From NCBI GenBank assembly GCA_036172245.1, contig JAYWIR010000024.1, positions 1,612,001-1,676,000 of the forward strand: a DNA stretch of 64,000 bases. Direction: 5' to 3'. Both the position numbers and the translations under genes were made by a program. The stretch is from Raillietiella orientalis. Taxonomy: Eukaryota. Shown one piece after another: positions 53,050 to 64,000 of this stretch; positions within the stretch are counted from its first letter, which is position 1, and each line of letters opens with the position of its first letter. The notes under the pieces are model-generated. The model saw nothing but the letters and a program-made list of their open reading frames with translations. It was not told the origin of the DNA and did no database searches.

Positions 53050-54015
53050 GCTGACCCGCTCCTACACTGGCACTACACTGATGCTGCTGCACTGGAGCCT
53101 CCAGTGCAACACCCGCAGGTACACTGAACACGGAGGAAGGAGGGGGGAGGGTGAGCCCGAACTACGGCAGGTGCGGGGAGAGCAAATCCCCGCACCTGCT
53201 TGTGGACTGTGTTGTTGCCCTCCAGCTTCTTTGGGAACGCTTTGCTGTGACCCTCGGTATCGCTCTGAGAGATCCTTCAAGATCCAGGGAAAAGTGCGTG
53301 GGCAGGGAACACCTTCCTTGCCGCAGCGCTGCCTTCCCTGAAGGAACACATGGGCATCGGCATTCCTGCAAGATGGGAGGATCCAAAGAGATCTCTGGCA
53401 GTAGAGAAGGACTGGGTGAGTGGACGACGGCTCAGCTTGCAGACGTGAACGCTTTCGATTTGGGGCGAACCTCCGAAAAGCTCGCGGCACAGGGTGAGCT
53501 CTTTTCCGTGACCCTGGGAACCCCCAGAGGCAACCCCAGGGCCGCACTGAAACCCCTTTTCGTGCGCGACGCACTGCCACCGAGAGCATCCCTAGCAGCT
53601 CTCTGCTGCCTACGCGAGAACGGCCTGGAGTGATGCAAGAGGAGGACCGAGAGACAGGATTGCAACGTCCACTTCGCCGTCCGATTTCATGAGGACGGCA
53701 ACGAGATGGTCCCACCTGGGAAACGTCATCCAGCAAGAGCTCGTCGGCATCCTTGACAGGAGTGGACTGCCCCCAGAAGGACGGGTATGTGTGGGAAGGG
53801 ATCATCCTTCCCCCACACACCCCTTTCCCCCAAATTATTTATTTCTTTTTCTTTTTGTCTGCCCCCTCCCCTCTGCTGTGGAAGTTGGCCCTACCGGTCC
53901 GCGTACGGGAACCCGGCAGGTTTTAAAAAGGATATGGCTGGACTACTGGTCCAACCACAGGGATTGTGAATGTTTGTGCTATATATGAAAGAAACGTGCC
54001 TGCTCACCCGAGTAG
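53050..54015 (+). mobile_element. 5'-truncated LINE (L1/Tx1-like) 3' end with zinc-binding region and 3'UTR
   Basis: LMLLHWSLQCNTR...SPNYGRCGESKSPHLLVDC...LWERFAVTLG, then LFVRDAL, LCCLR and MRTATRWSHL. The 3'UTR 53830-54012 matches the reverse complement of 57102-57300. Confidence 0.65.
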
Positions 54016-54199
54016 TGATCCAGCACGGGCCCCTCTTCCATCTGGCACTTGACTTTTCGCTTTTCCGCCTGGAGAGCACTGCAGCCGCTGCGGAGAGGAA
54101 GAGAAGACGTTAGGAGGTCGGCTCCTCGGGGAATCGAGGAATGGGGCAAAAACGTCCCTTAAGGACGGTCGAGGAGTGACTGTCTCTTTAGCTGCAACC

Positions 54200-56800
54200 C
54201 TTCAAAAACAGGGAGGAACCTTCCTTCGGGAAACCTGCAGCGAAGATGTCAGTCACCAGCACCTCCGACGGGCGAGAGTTTTCGCTACCAAGAGCTGCGG
54301 TCGTTCTCACCCGTGCGGGAAAGGCGCGCCGACCTTTGAAGAGGATATTCAGTAATCTCTGACCCAACTGCGCCTCTGCCACTCTGCGGGGCGTGCCATC
54401 GGTCTTCGGCTGGTCTCCCGGAAGCCCTGGCTCCTTTTTTTCGTCAGGAGCGTGGAGGACGAGGAAGCAGCGAATGCCGCCAAAGAAGGGGGGGGAGCAT
54501 CCGTCCGTCTTCAGCCGACGGCGGAGTCGATCTTTTCGGAGGACCCGGGAAGTGAAAGCGAATCTTCCGCCAAGCATCCTCTCCTCAATCTACGACTCTG
54601 CTTCCGAGGAGAAAGAAGGAGCGTTGGAGTAGGGGGTCGGTTATCCGCCCCCGCACCGGAAAAAAAAAAAGATCGCTTCCTTTGCAGAAACGACCAGCAT
54701 CCCGGTCCATGGCTGAGCAGGTCACTTCGTCCAAGAGTGCGAGAGAACCCAGCGCTCCTCCGCATGCGAGAGCAGCTGACCGAAGTCGGCAGCAGCCGGT
54801 GCTGTCGAAGGGCCTTCTGAGGAATGAGCGGCAGATCCCACGCTCAGAAGGGACCCGCTCCGGCAACATCTCTGTGCGTCACCCTTCTCCCCTGCCAGGG
54901 TCCCTCGAACCGGCCACGCTGAGGAGCAGTGAGCCGCTGGAGGAAAAAGACAGTCATCGTCTTGCCGATGACCCCGAGCTGCTTGTGGGGCGTGGTCGCG
55001 GGACCGCGCTTGCGCCGAAGAGTCTCGGTAGCACGCCAGGGCCGACAGCGGGAACGCTGCGAAAGAACCCCGTGCTTACGTGTCCCGAAGAGCTGACCCG
55101 GCCTCGTCCCGAGAGGAGAGAACCGCTGCGTGGCGCCTCACTGGAATCTCCGGAAGCTTCGCCGACGCCGTCCGGGAAAGCGCGAACGAAGTGACGCGGA
55201 GGAGACAGAGGAACAGTGACGCGGAACCACGCGCCTCCTTTTCGATCTCGCGGAACTCAAACGCCGACTCGCGCGGGAGCCATCGCCGTCCCGTCGACAC
55301 CTTAGGATTCCACAAGCGGCGGTGTCCTGCGAAAAGAGCTGGGGAGTGACTGCGAGCAAATCCTCCTTGCCGAGAGAATGTCAGGGGCGGGATCACGCGA
55401 GATGAGGAGCCCGCGATCCTCGCAACCTCAGCTAGCTTCATGCCCGGCTTGTGTAAAGTGGCAGCGCCATCCCAGCACCATCATCAGCTGCTGCAGTGGC
55501 TCTTCACGGGCGTCGATTCTCGGGGCGATTTCCTCCGTGGTGCTGTCCAACGTCCAGCACGGGCGGAGACGCCTGAGAGGCTCACCGCAAGAGATGCCCT
55601 CCAAACGATGAAACAGGAACACCCACGTAGTCGAAAAACCGGGAGGCGCCTTCCTTCGCCTTTGGCTATGAAGGATGCTGAGGTTCGGCCAGGCGAACTC
55701 TGCCGGCACAGCAGCGAAGAATCCGAGAGTCCGGGTCGCGGCTGAGGCAAGTACCGCCCCCTCACACAGCGCCCTCAATTCGTCGCGGATAAGGGTTTGA
55801 GTTGCCAAGCCGGGCAGGTCGGAGGGGGTCGTGGAGGCTGAGGAGAATATCCCTTCTCTCGTATTCCCGAATCTTCAGGTGAATTTTCCTCCCTCGGAAC
55901 ACTCCACGTTAGGAGTCTCTCTTAGCCTTGCGCGCAGGAATGAGGACGGCCGGAGGGAAGAGCGCATCCTTGGTGGAGGTTCACGCCAAATCGAAAGTCT
56001 TGTGGGTATGGCTGGCTCAGGGAGATGTCAGCTGATTCCTGGATCCGGGAAACGAAAGGCCCCCCCAGGGCGAACTCGCCCTGGAAGAGAGGGCCATTCT
56101 CTGGCGACCTGTCGCATGGTCTCTCGGTGAGTCCCTCGATCTCAGCACGTGAGCGTCCACCATGAAGCCGTCCTCGCGGAGATGGGCTCCGAGCCCGCTC
56201 CCGCCTTCGTCTGGATCCCCCGCACGGACAAGACCTGTGGGAGACGACCCGCCGGTCGCTTTCGCTTCCTCGCGACACCTTGGATGCTCCGAGCTCTCGG
56301 TCCCGCTCCAGACTGACGCCGGGACCACCTGGGAGGAGTTTCCGCCTTCCGGCTTTTCCTTCCGCGGCTGCTGGTCCAAGTGTGGTCACTGGCGCAGGTC
56401 ATCCTCCCATGTCCGGGGATCTCCTGCGGCATTCTCCGTTGAGCGGGCCGTGGTCCTGGCGCCTGATCACCTCTTTTTCGATCGAAATCCAGGAAGATCA
56501 GGCGAAACTGTTTTCCAGGATTCCGGTCATCGCTGGCCGCTCCTACTTCGACCCGGATCTCGCGTCGAAGTAGATTTAACTGGATCCTCATCCGGGCAAC
56601 GAGAAGATCTCGCGTCCCTCCTGCAACAGTCGATCTAGCTTCTTCCTGACGACTCAGGTTGCCGCGCGGTCGCGGCACGAGCTGAAGCCCCGAGGCGCTC
56701 AGAGCGGCCACACAACTCCGGAAGCTGACAGAAGTCCCCTCGTCTTCCCGCTTTCTCCCACCGCCCTCAGCACCGTCCATGCCACTCGATGGTGCCCGTC
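54200..56800 (-). mobile_element. Decayed LINE RT region
   Basis: TRDLLVARMRIQLN (~Q.GF..GR.I.DN), RLIFLDFDRKRGD (~LD..KAFD), GFMVDAHVL (~FADD) and EFAWPNLSIL (thumb), in order on the minus strand. Boundaries are approximate. Confidence 0.4.
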
Positions 56801-57099
56801 ACTCTTAACTTATAGGGGAAGGTAACCCTGGTAGGAACGACCCTGTGAATCCAGAAAGGAGGTTCCGGAGGGAAGGAGTCCGTTCCTGTTATGTTCGCCT
56901 ATGGGATGAGGAATCTCTTTGACAGTGCCCACGACACCCGGGGGTGCTCATTACTCTTCAAGATAGGGGTCATCACGAAAGGGGACCACCTTGTGAATCA
57001 AGGAAGGCTTCGGAAGAAGGATTCCGTTGCACTCTTACTCCTGGGAGTCTGGGAACTCCAAAGGGAACATTCCTCCCCCCCTCCTTATTCTGGTTGTCT

Positions 57100-57900
57100 C
57101 CGATTTCCACCCGGACACTCCGGAGCGTTTCTTAAAATTGAAAAAAAACTCACAAATTGTGGCAAAATGCGTGGCCCTACCACACCCCATTGTGATCCAC
57201 GGACCTGCCGGGTCGCCGGTGCGCAAACCGGCGGGGATCACCTCGGCAACGGAGGTGAAGGGGAGAAAACAAAAAGGAAAAAGAAAGAGTAAATAAGAAT
57301 AAATCAAAAATCTTTGGGAGAGTCGGTAAGGGACCACTGTTCGCTGGAGGGAGTCTTCTGCATCCTTTCTAGGATGCTGGCTAGGTCCATCCGAATAGGC
57401 CCCAGGTGGATCCATCTATCCTCCATCCTCAGAAAGCAAACTGCGGACTGGACGGCATCCCTCCCGTTTCTTCCTCTGGCGGCTTCGCTCCAGGCCGCCA
57501 CAATCCCGCGGATGCAGCAAAGATCTACTGGGTCTGCGGCTGGTTTCAGGCGTCTCGCACAAAGGAGAGCCGTGAAACGTCCCTGGGGGTGCCACCCGGG
57601 ATCCGAAGAGTCGTTCCGAAACGTTCCCTTAGGGGCAGGAGGACAGCACAGCTCACAAGCAGGTGTGGGAGGGGGGATTCGCGTTCACTGCACAGTTCGG
57701 GGTAGACCTCGAGTTCCAGCTTGCCCTCCCCGGCATTAAGTGGTGTCGGCCTGCGTTGCAGGGAAGATCCCAGCTCAACAGCAGAAGTGCCAGCTCCTGC
57801 CGCTTCAGGGGGAGGGCACTGCTGTTCTTGAGAGCAGGGAGCCATTCCAGGTCTCCGCCAGGAATGCCGGACAGCGTCGAAGTTCTCGCGGAAGGGCACT
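57100..57900 (-). mobile_element. 5'-truncated LINE 3' end, same family as the 53, 60 and 61 kb copies
   Basis: LLLLSWDLPCN...STPNC / CSERESPLPHLLVSC...RERFGTTL...FVRDA / LCCIRGIVAAW...RWIHLGPIRMDLASIL, followed by a homologous 3'UTR and terminal hairpin. Confidence 0.65.
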
Positions 57901-58007
57901 CAGGATTGCAGCAACCTCCAGCTGGAAGCAGTGATAGTGGTAGTAGTAGGAGTGGTAGTAATGGTAGCGATGGCGTGGCAGTAGCAGTGGCGGTAATAAT
58001 AATAATT

Positions 58008-58330
58008 CTTACGCTTGGTGTGGGATCTCCAAAGGGAACTTGCTCCCTCCGAAGCGACCCCCCGAAGGGGCACATCCCTCATCTCTTCTCCGGAAAGGAT
58101 CCTCTCGATCCTCCTCCTCCGGAAAGACTCCCGAAGGGACGCTTTTTGATTTCTCTGAAGATCCGCTCTCCAAAAAGAAAGCAGCGCCCTTCTGACACTC
58201 TGGAGAGGCAGACGTTGAAAGGGGTACCAACCAGCCCCATATTATGGCCCCATCTTCACGAGCGGAGGGGAACCCCGAAGGGATCCTTGATTTCTGGAAG
58301 GACCCCGGAGGATCAACTTCCAATCTCGGA
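58008..58330 (+). repeat. Dispersed repeat with internal ccccgaaggg-type subunits; copy 2
   Basis: Similar to 36958-37225. Its first ~40 nt also recur at 57034-57077. Confidence 0.6.
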
Positions 58331-59809
58331 ACCGTGCGCGGAGAGCGTAGCCAAGGCCCCCACCCCAATGTGTTCTTCTCTGTCTCCTGGAGATCAGAAG
58401 CTCTCCCGTCGGGTCGCCGTTAGCCGGATCCTGTGAACTCGTAGTCTACCCCTGGCAGCTGGGCATCCCCGCTCCTCATCTCCGTCAGGAGAAACTGAGT
58501 CCCTCTTACCCAGCATCCCTTCCTCCTGCCGGAATAAATTCTCCCCCATCCCCCTCCCATCCCAAAGCACACACTTTAAGAGCAGGGAATAATTGTCATC
58601 CTCCAAGCGTGGGTTGGGACCCTTTCCTGCCCGCCACGCCCTCTACTTGCTGTGGCTACTCGGTCATTCGGCGCGTCCCCGGCTGTTCGCCACTTTCGTC
58701 CCGCCTGCCCCCTCGGACACCTCCCTGTGCCTTCTCGATCTTCCCGGTCGAGCCGGTTATTTTTTTTTCCCTCGAGTTCGAGCGAGATGCTCGAGCCGCC
58801 CTGCTGCGTGACTGCGGCCGTCTTCCCGCCAGCTTCGATCTGCTGGGACTTCCTGGAATCCCCGGGGCGTCTCTGCCACGGCTGCTGCCCCCTTCCGGGA
58901 TTTTGGGAGCCCGCCGCCGGGCCAGCCGGTTCGCCCTCCTGGCGCTTGGCGCGGGAAAGGCAGGGGAGACCGAGCGGAACCTAGGCGTGTTCCTGGCGGG
59001 ATCACCGCGTCTCCGGATCGCGTTCTCTGCGTCCTTCTCGCTAGAGCGGCGGCCGTCCAGTGCATCTGGCGCCTCTTTTCCGGAAGAGGGCGGGACGTGG
59101 ATCCCTCTTTGCATTTGCGTGCGCCTGTTCTCCCTCCACCCCTTGTGAAGGGAAGTGGCGGACCCCGGAGGTAGTGCAGAAAGCGGCCAATCCGCGGCAG
59201 GAGAGGAGGAGGAAGCTTCAAGCATCCCGTCCACTTCCTCTACTTCCTCCTGGCATCTGGCGGTCAGCATGTCGAATTACACGCTGGCCGCCAGATGGGC
59301 ATCGCATCAGGCATTCGACTGGCAAGAAATGGGGCCCCACAGCGTGCGCGCAAACGGGAGGACTCCTGGCCATTCCACAAGCTTTTCGACTCTCCCAAGC
59401 TTGGCACCGAGGCTGGAGCTCTGAATCTTCGCTATTCCTCGTATTCCTCTTGCCGAATGTTCGTCTAGACCTCGTTCGCGCGCGGACACTCTGGGGCCAT
59501 CCGGAGGACGCCAAAGTCCGTGAGGGCGCGCGAGGCGCCCACGAGCTGTGGTGCTTTCCGTTCTCTCGGTGCTCCATCCCAAGACCCAATCACTCCGACG
59601 GTGATCGCCCGGGATTGTGGACCTCCCGCAGCTTCTGGACGTTTAAGAGGAGAGTCTTTTGATGTTCTCCCTTTGTCTTTTTTTTCCTCGCTATGCCAAG
59701 CGCCTTTTCGCCGTTCTCAAACGTACAGGAAGCTTCCTGTGTTGCCCCTCTTGCAGGAAGGGGTCGGGCTGTCTTAGCGGAAAGCGAGAGCGTTGGGGAA
59801 CGCACTGAT

Positions 59810-60700
59810 TGCTGTTTCTCACCCGGGTGCGCCGGGGCGTTTATTTCTAAACTTTCCAGAAACAGAGTTCCCAACAAAGGACACAGAAAAAACGAAGGAG
59901 GGGATCCCCTACACGCACGTCGGTAAACCGAAAGTCCGAAACGGGAGGGAGGGGACCACAAATACACATCTAAAAAATAGAAATAGGGGAGGGTAGAGGA
60001 CAGGCGTCTTTGGTTTGGATCGTTCCTTTCCTTCAGAACCGGCTATGGATGCCGGTGATCTCGCTCCTCACATCTTCCGGAAGATGGACCCACTCGGCAG
60101 CCGACGTGATGTTGTCGTCGGCTATTCCGGTGGCCTGTCGTCGAATCGTCTGCTTCTCCAGCTCTCGGTTGGCCTTGTCGATAGCGCGGGTGCAACAGAC
60201 CGTTGCGATGACAGCACCTAAGGACAGGCCACCACTGGCGCGAAGAAGCGGCGCATCAAATCCCTTGCGGTGTCCTCCTGGAGCAGGAGAGCTGATGCCA
60301 GCCTCCACCACAGTCCTTGAAGGACACGGCAGTCCAAGAGCAGGTGCGGCAGCGTTTCCACTTCCCTACACCGTTTACAGTTCGGGGAGACAACCCCCCG
60401 GAAACACGGTTCATCCGCTGGTTGGAGTGGAAACACCAATGCACCAGCATGATGACGTTCTGCTTCCAAGAAAGGGAGAAGTGTTCAAACAGGAGGGAGG
60501 GACCACAATTTCTTCGGGGGGCACACTCAAAAGTTCGCTCCATCGAAGGAGTCCCTTCGCGATGTTGCGAGGCGTGGCAGCGTCTGCCAGCTCGCAAGTC
60601 CTCCAGCCGCCTATGGGTCGGGTTGCTCCTGCGATGGTGCAGGCGACCTCCCACCTCGCCGGTAGGCAGCTGTCATCACTTACTCTTATCACTGATTGCT
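59810..60700 (-). mobile_element. 5'-truncated LINE 3' end with intact CCHC-type zinc-binding motif (zf-RVT-like)
   Basis: IMLVHWCFHSNQR / RGVVSPNCKRCREVETLPHLLLDCRVLQGLWWRL (C-x2-C-x7-H-x4-C), then VIATVCCTRAI...EWVHLPEDVRSEITGIHSRF, a 3'UTR, AATAAA at 59845-59840 and a terminal hairpin. Confidence 0.75.
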
Positions 60701-60797
60701 GTGCGTCCGCTCTGCAGCCCTTGGTCCCCGCTGACGAGGACCGGGGGAGATCCAGGAGTCACTCGCTTCACTCTCGCGAGCATCCTGCTTCTCTGAG

Positions 60798-61560
60798 CTG
60801 CTTTCCACTTGGTTGTTCCGGGACATTTGTTCCAAACAGAGAACGAACCATCCAGGAACAAAGTTCCCAGACAGAGGGAAAAGAAGTTCGAGGGGAGGGC
60901 TGCCCGACGCTTAGGTCGGGCACACCGAAAGTCCGGAACAAAAGGGGAACACAAATACATATATAAAAAATACAAAAAAAAGACATGAGGGGTGGTAGGG
61001 GACAGGCGTGTTTGGCTTCGATAGCTCCATCTTTTCAGAACCGGCGTTGCATGCCGGGGATCTCCTTCCTCACTTTCAGGTGAGGTCACCTGGCGACCGC
61101 CGTTCTCATGTTGACGTCGGCAATCTCGGTAACCTCTCTAGGAACCAGCCGCGACTCCAACTGGAGGTGGGCCGTGACGATGGCGCATATGCAACAGATC
61201 GTTGCGATGACCACACCTAGCTAGAGGTCGCTGCGTATGAAGAAGCGGCTCATGACATCCGCTGCGGTGTCCCCCTGGTGCAGGTGCGCTGAAGGCAGCC
61301 TCCGCCATCAGTCCTTGGAGGGCGCCACAGTTGAAGAGCAGGTGCGGGAGCGATTCCACTGCTCTGCACTTTCTACAGTCCGGGAAGGCAACGCGTAGAA
61401 CCAGTTGAGCTGCTGGACTTCGGACCGGAACCGTCGCGCCAGCCGGCCAGAACCCGTCCGCGCGAAAACCCAAAGATCTGCATGGTGCTGGGAGAGCCAA
61501 AACACGAGAAAGCAAGGGCGGGGAGATCCTCGCTGGTTACAGGATCGAGTTCCCCTTACT
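60798..61560 (-). mobile_element. Second tandem copy of the same LINE 3' end
   Basis: VAFPDCRKCRAVESLPHLLFNCGALQGL and VIATICCICAI; nucleotide similarity to 59810-60400 at an offset of about 1 kb. Confidence 0.75.
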
Positions 61561-61599
61561 GTGCTTCGTTCCGGAAGTCAGCGATAGCTCGGCGGCGTC

Positions 61600-63160
61600 C
61601 TCATGTTTCAGGACCTTCGGGGTTTACGGGAGGCGCGCAGTTATCAAAGGGAGGCTGCACTTGATGAAGGAATCGATCGAAGGGCTGTGGTCCTCGGTCA
61701 AGCTCTGCTGATCGGAGCCCGCAGCCCTTCACAAGAAGCATCTGCAAGTGCAGCGCATGGTGCTCAGCGCGAGTGCTTGCTATGAAGGTCATTCATGATG
61801 ATACGTTGGTCAGTCTCTTTCTTTCTAACGCGTTAGCCAGCTTCTGTTTCCGGATGTTCGTTTCTTTAAGGGAATTCGAAAACGCTTCCGTTCCAGTCTC
61901 TCTTCGATCTGAAGCTGGGAATTGCTTCCCTCTTGGAAACGTTCCACTTCCAAGTTTTCTTCGCTTCTTTTACGCTAGCGAAAATGGAGCTCTTCAAGTG
62001 GCCGAGAGCGTTCGCGCTGCAATATCGGACCGCGCGGTCCGGACGCTGGTCATCCTTTGACTTTTTGTTGCGAGGGAATTCTGGTACATTTCGGGCCATG
62101 CGTGAGTCCCACCGCTGCTATTCTCTGGGACGTTTTCGAACAGATGTTCCCATCAACAGGAAGTGCGGGATCATGCGAGAACCAGACGCGCGAGGTGAAG
62201 AGAAAAACAACAAAAAACGGTGGACTTTCGAATGCAAGAACTCCCCTTGAGGCGAAAGTGGGAAATCCCTCCGCTTTTACTCGGGTCTCCTACGGTTCAA
62301 AGCGCTGTGCCACTCGAGCATCTGAAGAAAAAGTGAGCTCCCGCGCCCATATCATCCAGAATCTTGTTTATCTGTCATACCAGTAGCTAAGACTTATTCC
62401 TGTTTATCAAAGAGCCTTTTTTTTTTTTTTTTTGTCGTTGTTATTTTCATTTCTACGCGCAGCCACTCTTTCATGTGAATCTCCTCTTGGCCAGCATCAT
62501 TTTCGAAGCGCTCCTCGTAGAACGTCGCGAAGAGGAGAAAGCAAATCCCAGCCGGCAAGATTGGCCACCAAGCAATAAAGTTGACATTTTAGGCTGCTGA
62601 AGTTCTTCTAAACAAGTTGAACTCTTTCGCCTGCCTTGGGAACCCTTCGGCGTTCGACGAAGCAGACAAAACGCTCGACAAAATGCTTGATCTGGGAACG
62701 AAGGAGAAGTTCGAGGAAGTCAACACGGGTCAAAGGGAAACCAACGATGGCGGCGGTCAGGCGTTCCATTGCTGGACGCTCTGCGTCCGCGGCTTCCATT
62801 ACTTTTCCCACTGTGCAGGGAAAGCAGGCTCATCTTGCGAAACCGTTGGGAACGCTCAACGGAAGTTCGGGAAAGTATTGATGTGGAAACTGTGGCGAAT
62901 GCGTGCGCTGCCAGTGACTGCCAGGCTTCCCGACGGATGGCAGAAGGCTGCTGCGAAAACACTGTGGCAGTGGAAAGGCGTCGATTTCGCATGTGCCTCA
63001 GCATACGACCGTAGGAACTGGACGCTGCGCGTGACGCCTTGGGTGCCTAACGTCGCAGGAGTGGTGCTAAAAGGGCAAGGTGTGCTTGCCGAGCACACGT
63101 TGCTTCCCAGTCCGCTCTCTTCTCAATCCCAGAAGCAGTCCCGAACATGCCCCTGCTAAA
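61600..63160 (+). mobile_element. Decayed LINE RT/thumb fragments
   Basis: EGIDRRAVVLGQALL (~G.RQG.PLS..L), IHDDTLV (~YADD), LREFENAS (~L..FE.AS), GRWSSFDFLLRG; then FACLG, VKGKPT, KVLMWK and WVPNV in a second piece from about 62600. Confidence 0.4.
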
Positions 63161-64000
63161 GTAGTCAGTTCTAACTCCTCAGTCTAAAACTACACGTTGG
63201 ACAGCGATCAGGAAGTCGGATGATGATGACCAGCGAGCATTTCTTTACTTCGCCTGCTGAAATGAGTTCGGGAGGAACGCGATTCTCTTCTTGCTCCCCG
63301 TGAGCGCCCTCACTTATACTGATGCTGTCTCCGTTGCTGTTCATTCCCGTTCAGCTGTGAGGGAAAGCACGCTGCCAGCTGGGATGACCAGCAAAGCGGA
63401 GCTTCTGCTGATCGGACCCATAACAAAAGGACCGTCCTGCCCAGGTTCCTTCTCCAGGTTCCCTCTACAGAAGAAACTGCAGCAAGCCTAATCATCTGCC
63501 CGTCGGCGGCTGAGGGAACCTCCACCCGGTCTGCAATCTCGTCTGCTACGAGCGCTCCTCGCAGGAGTGAACGGTTTAGGCCGCAACCTCGCTTTGGGTG
63601 GGATGTGGAGCTGCTGTTCTGGCAGCATCCTGCAAAGACTGATGAAAATCGTCCGTGGATGAGATTATGAGTGGAAAGACCCGACTTCCTTGCAGTGAGG
63701 CCCTGCAGCACATCTCTCTCCCCGCATCGTCCTACTGGCTATCTCTCCCGCGTGATTTCAGATGGAGTGTGGCCGCCCTGAGCACCTCTGCATCCGAACG
63801 TTGGAAGAAAGGAAGGGGAGGGAAAAGTGCAGTCTTCTTCATGTAAAGCAGACCTCCGGAAAAGCTGTTTGAAGATTACACTTTTGACTCGCACACGAGG
63901 AAGCGAATTGACTCCATCCCGCGCACGGGCTTCCACTGTCACGGAACACTTCAGTCAAAAGACGAACCACGTCCTGCATCAGACAGCATCTGCTGCACTT

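Overview
Eukaryotic genomic DNA, most likely arthropod (insect/crustacean-type trehalose synthase and muscle-type actin), with spliceosomal introns. There are no prokaryotic features or CRISPR arrays. Four complete intron-containing genes can be reconstructed by hand: ALG3 alpha-1,3-mannosyltransferase (+, 1861-3735, 6 exons, 412 aa, AT-rich); two head-to-head paralogues of the fused trehalose-6-phosphate synthase/phosphatase (TPS-A, -, 12694-8006, 812 aa; TPS-B, +, 23950-28736, 811 aa; same five intron positions); and a muscle-type actin (-, 46704-45039, 5 coding exons, 376 aa). Much of the remaining DNA appears to be heavily decayed L1/Tx1-like non-LTR retrotransposon fragments, including one family with about five copies sharing a 3' terminal motif. 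There are also tRNA-like SINE heads, a 109-bp tandem repeat and microsatellites. The most interesting candidate system is the TPS pair. TPS-B keeps all TPS and TPP catalytic motifs. TPS-A keeps an intact TPS domain but carries clustered substitutions in its phosphatase domain (HAD motif III K>Q, NHG>ING, HYR>HVR, VE>VQ) and uses a GC-AG first coding intron. The two genes appear to share an upstream region containing a ChoRE-like paired E-box. This suggests a sugar-regulated pair in which one copy makes trehalose and the other makes T6P only or acts as a regulatory subunit. That interpretation is inference and needs alignments and assays.
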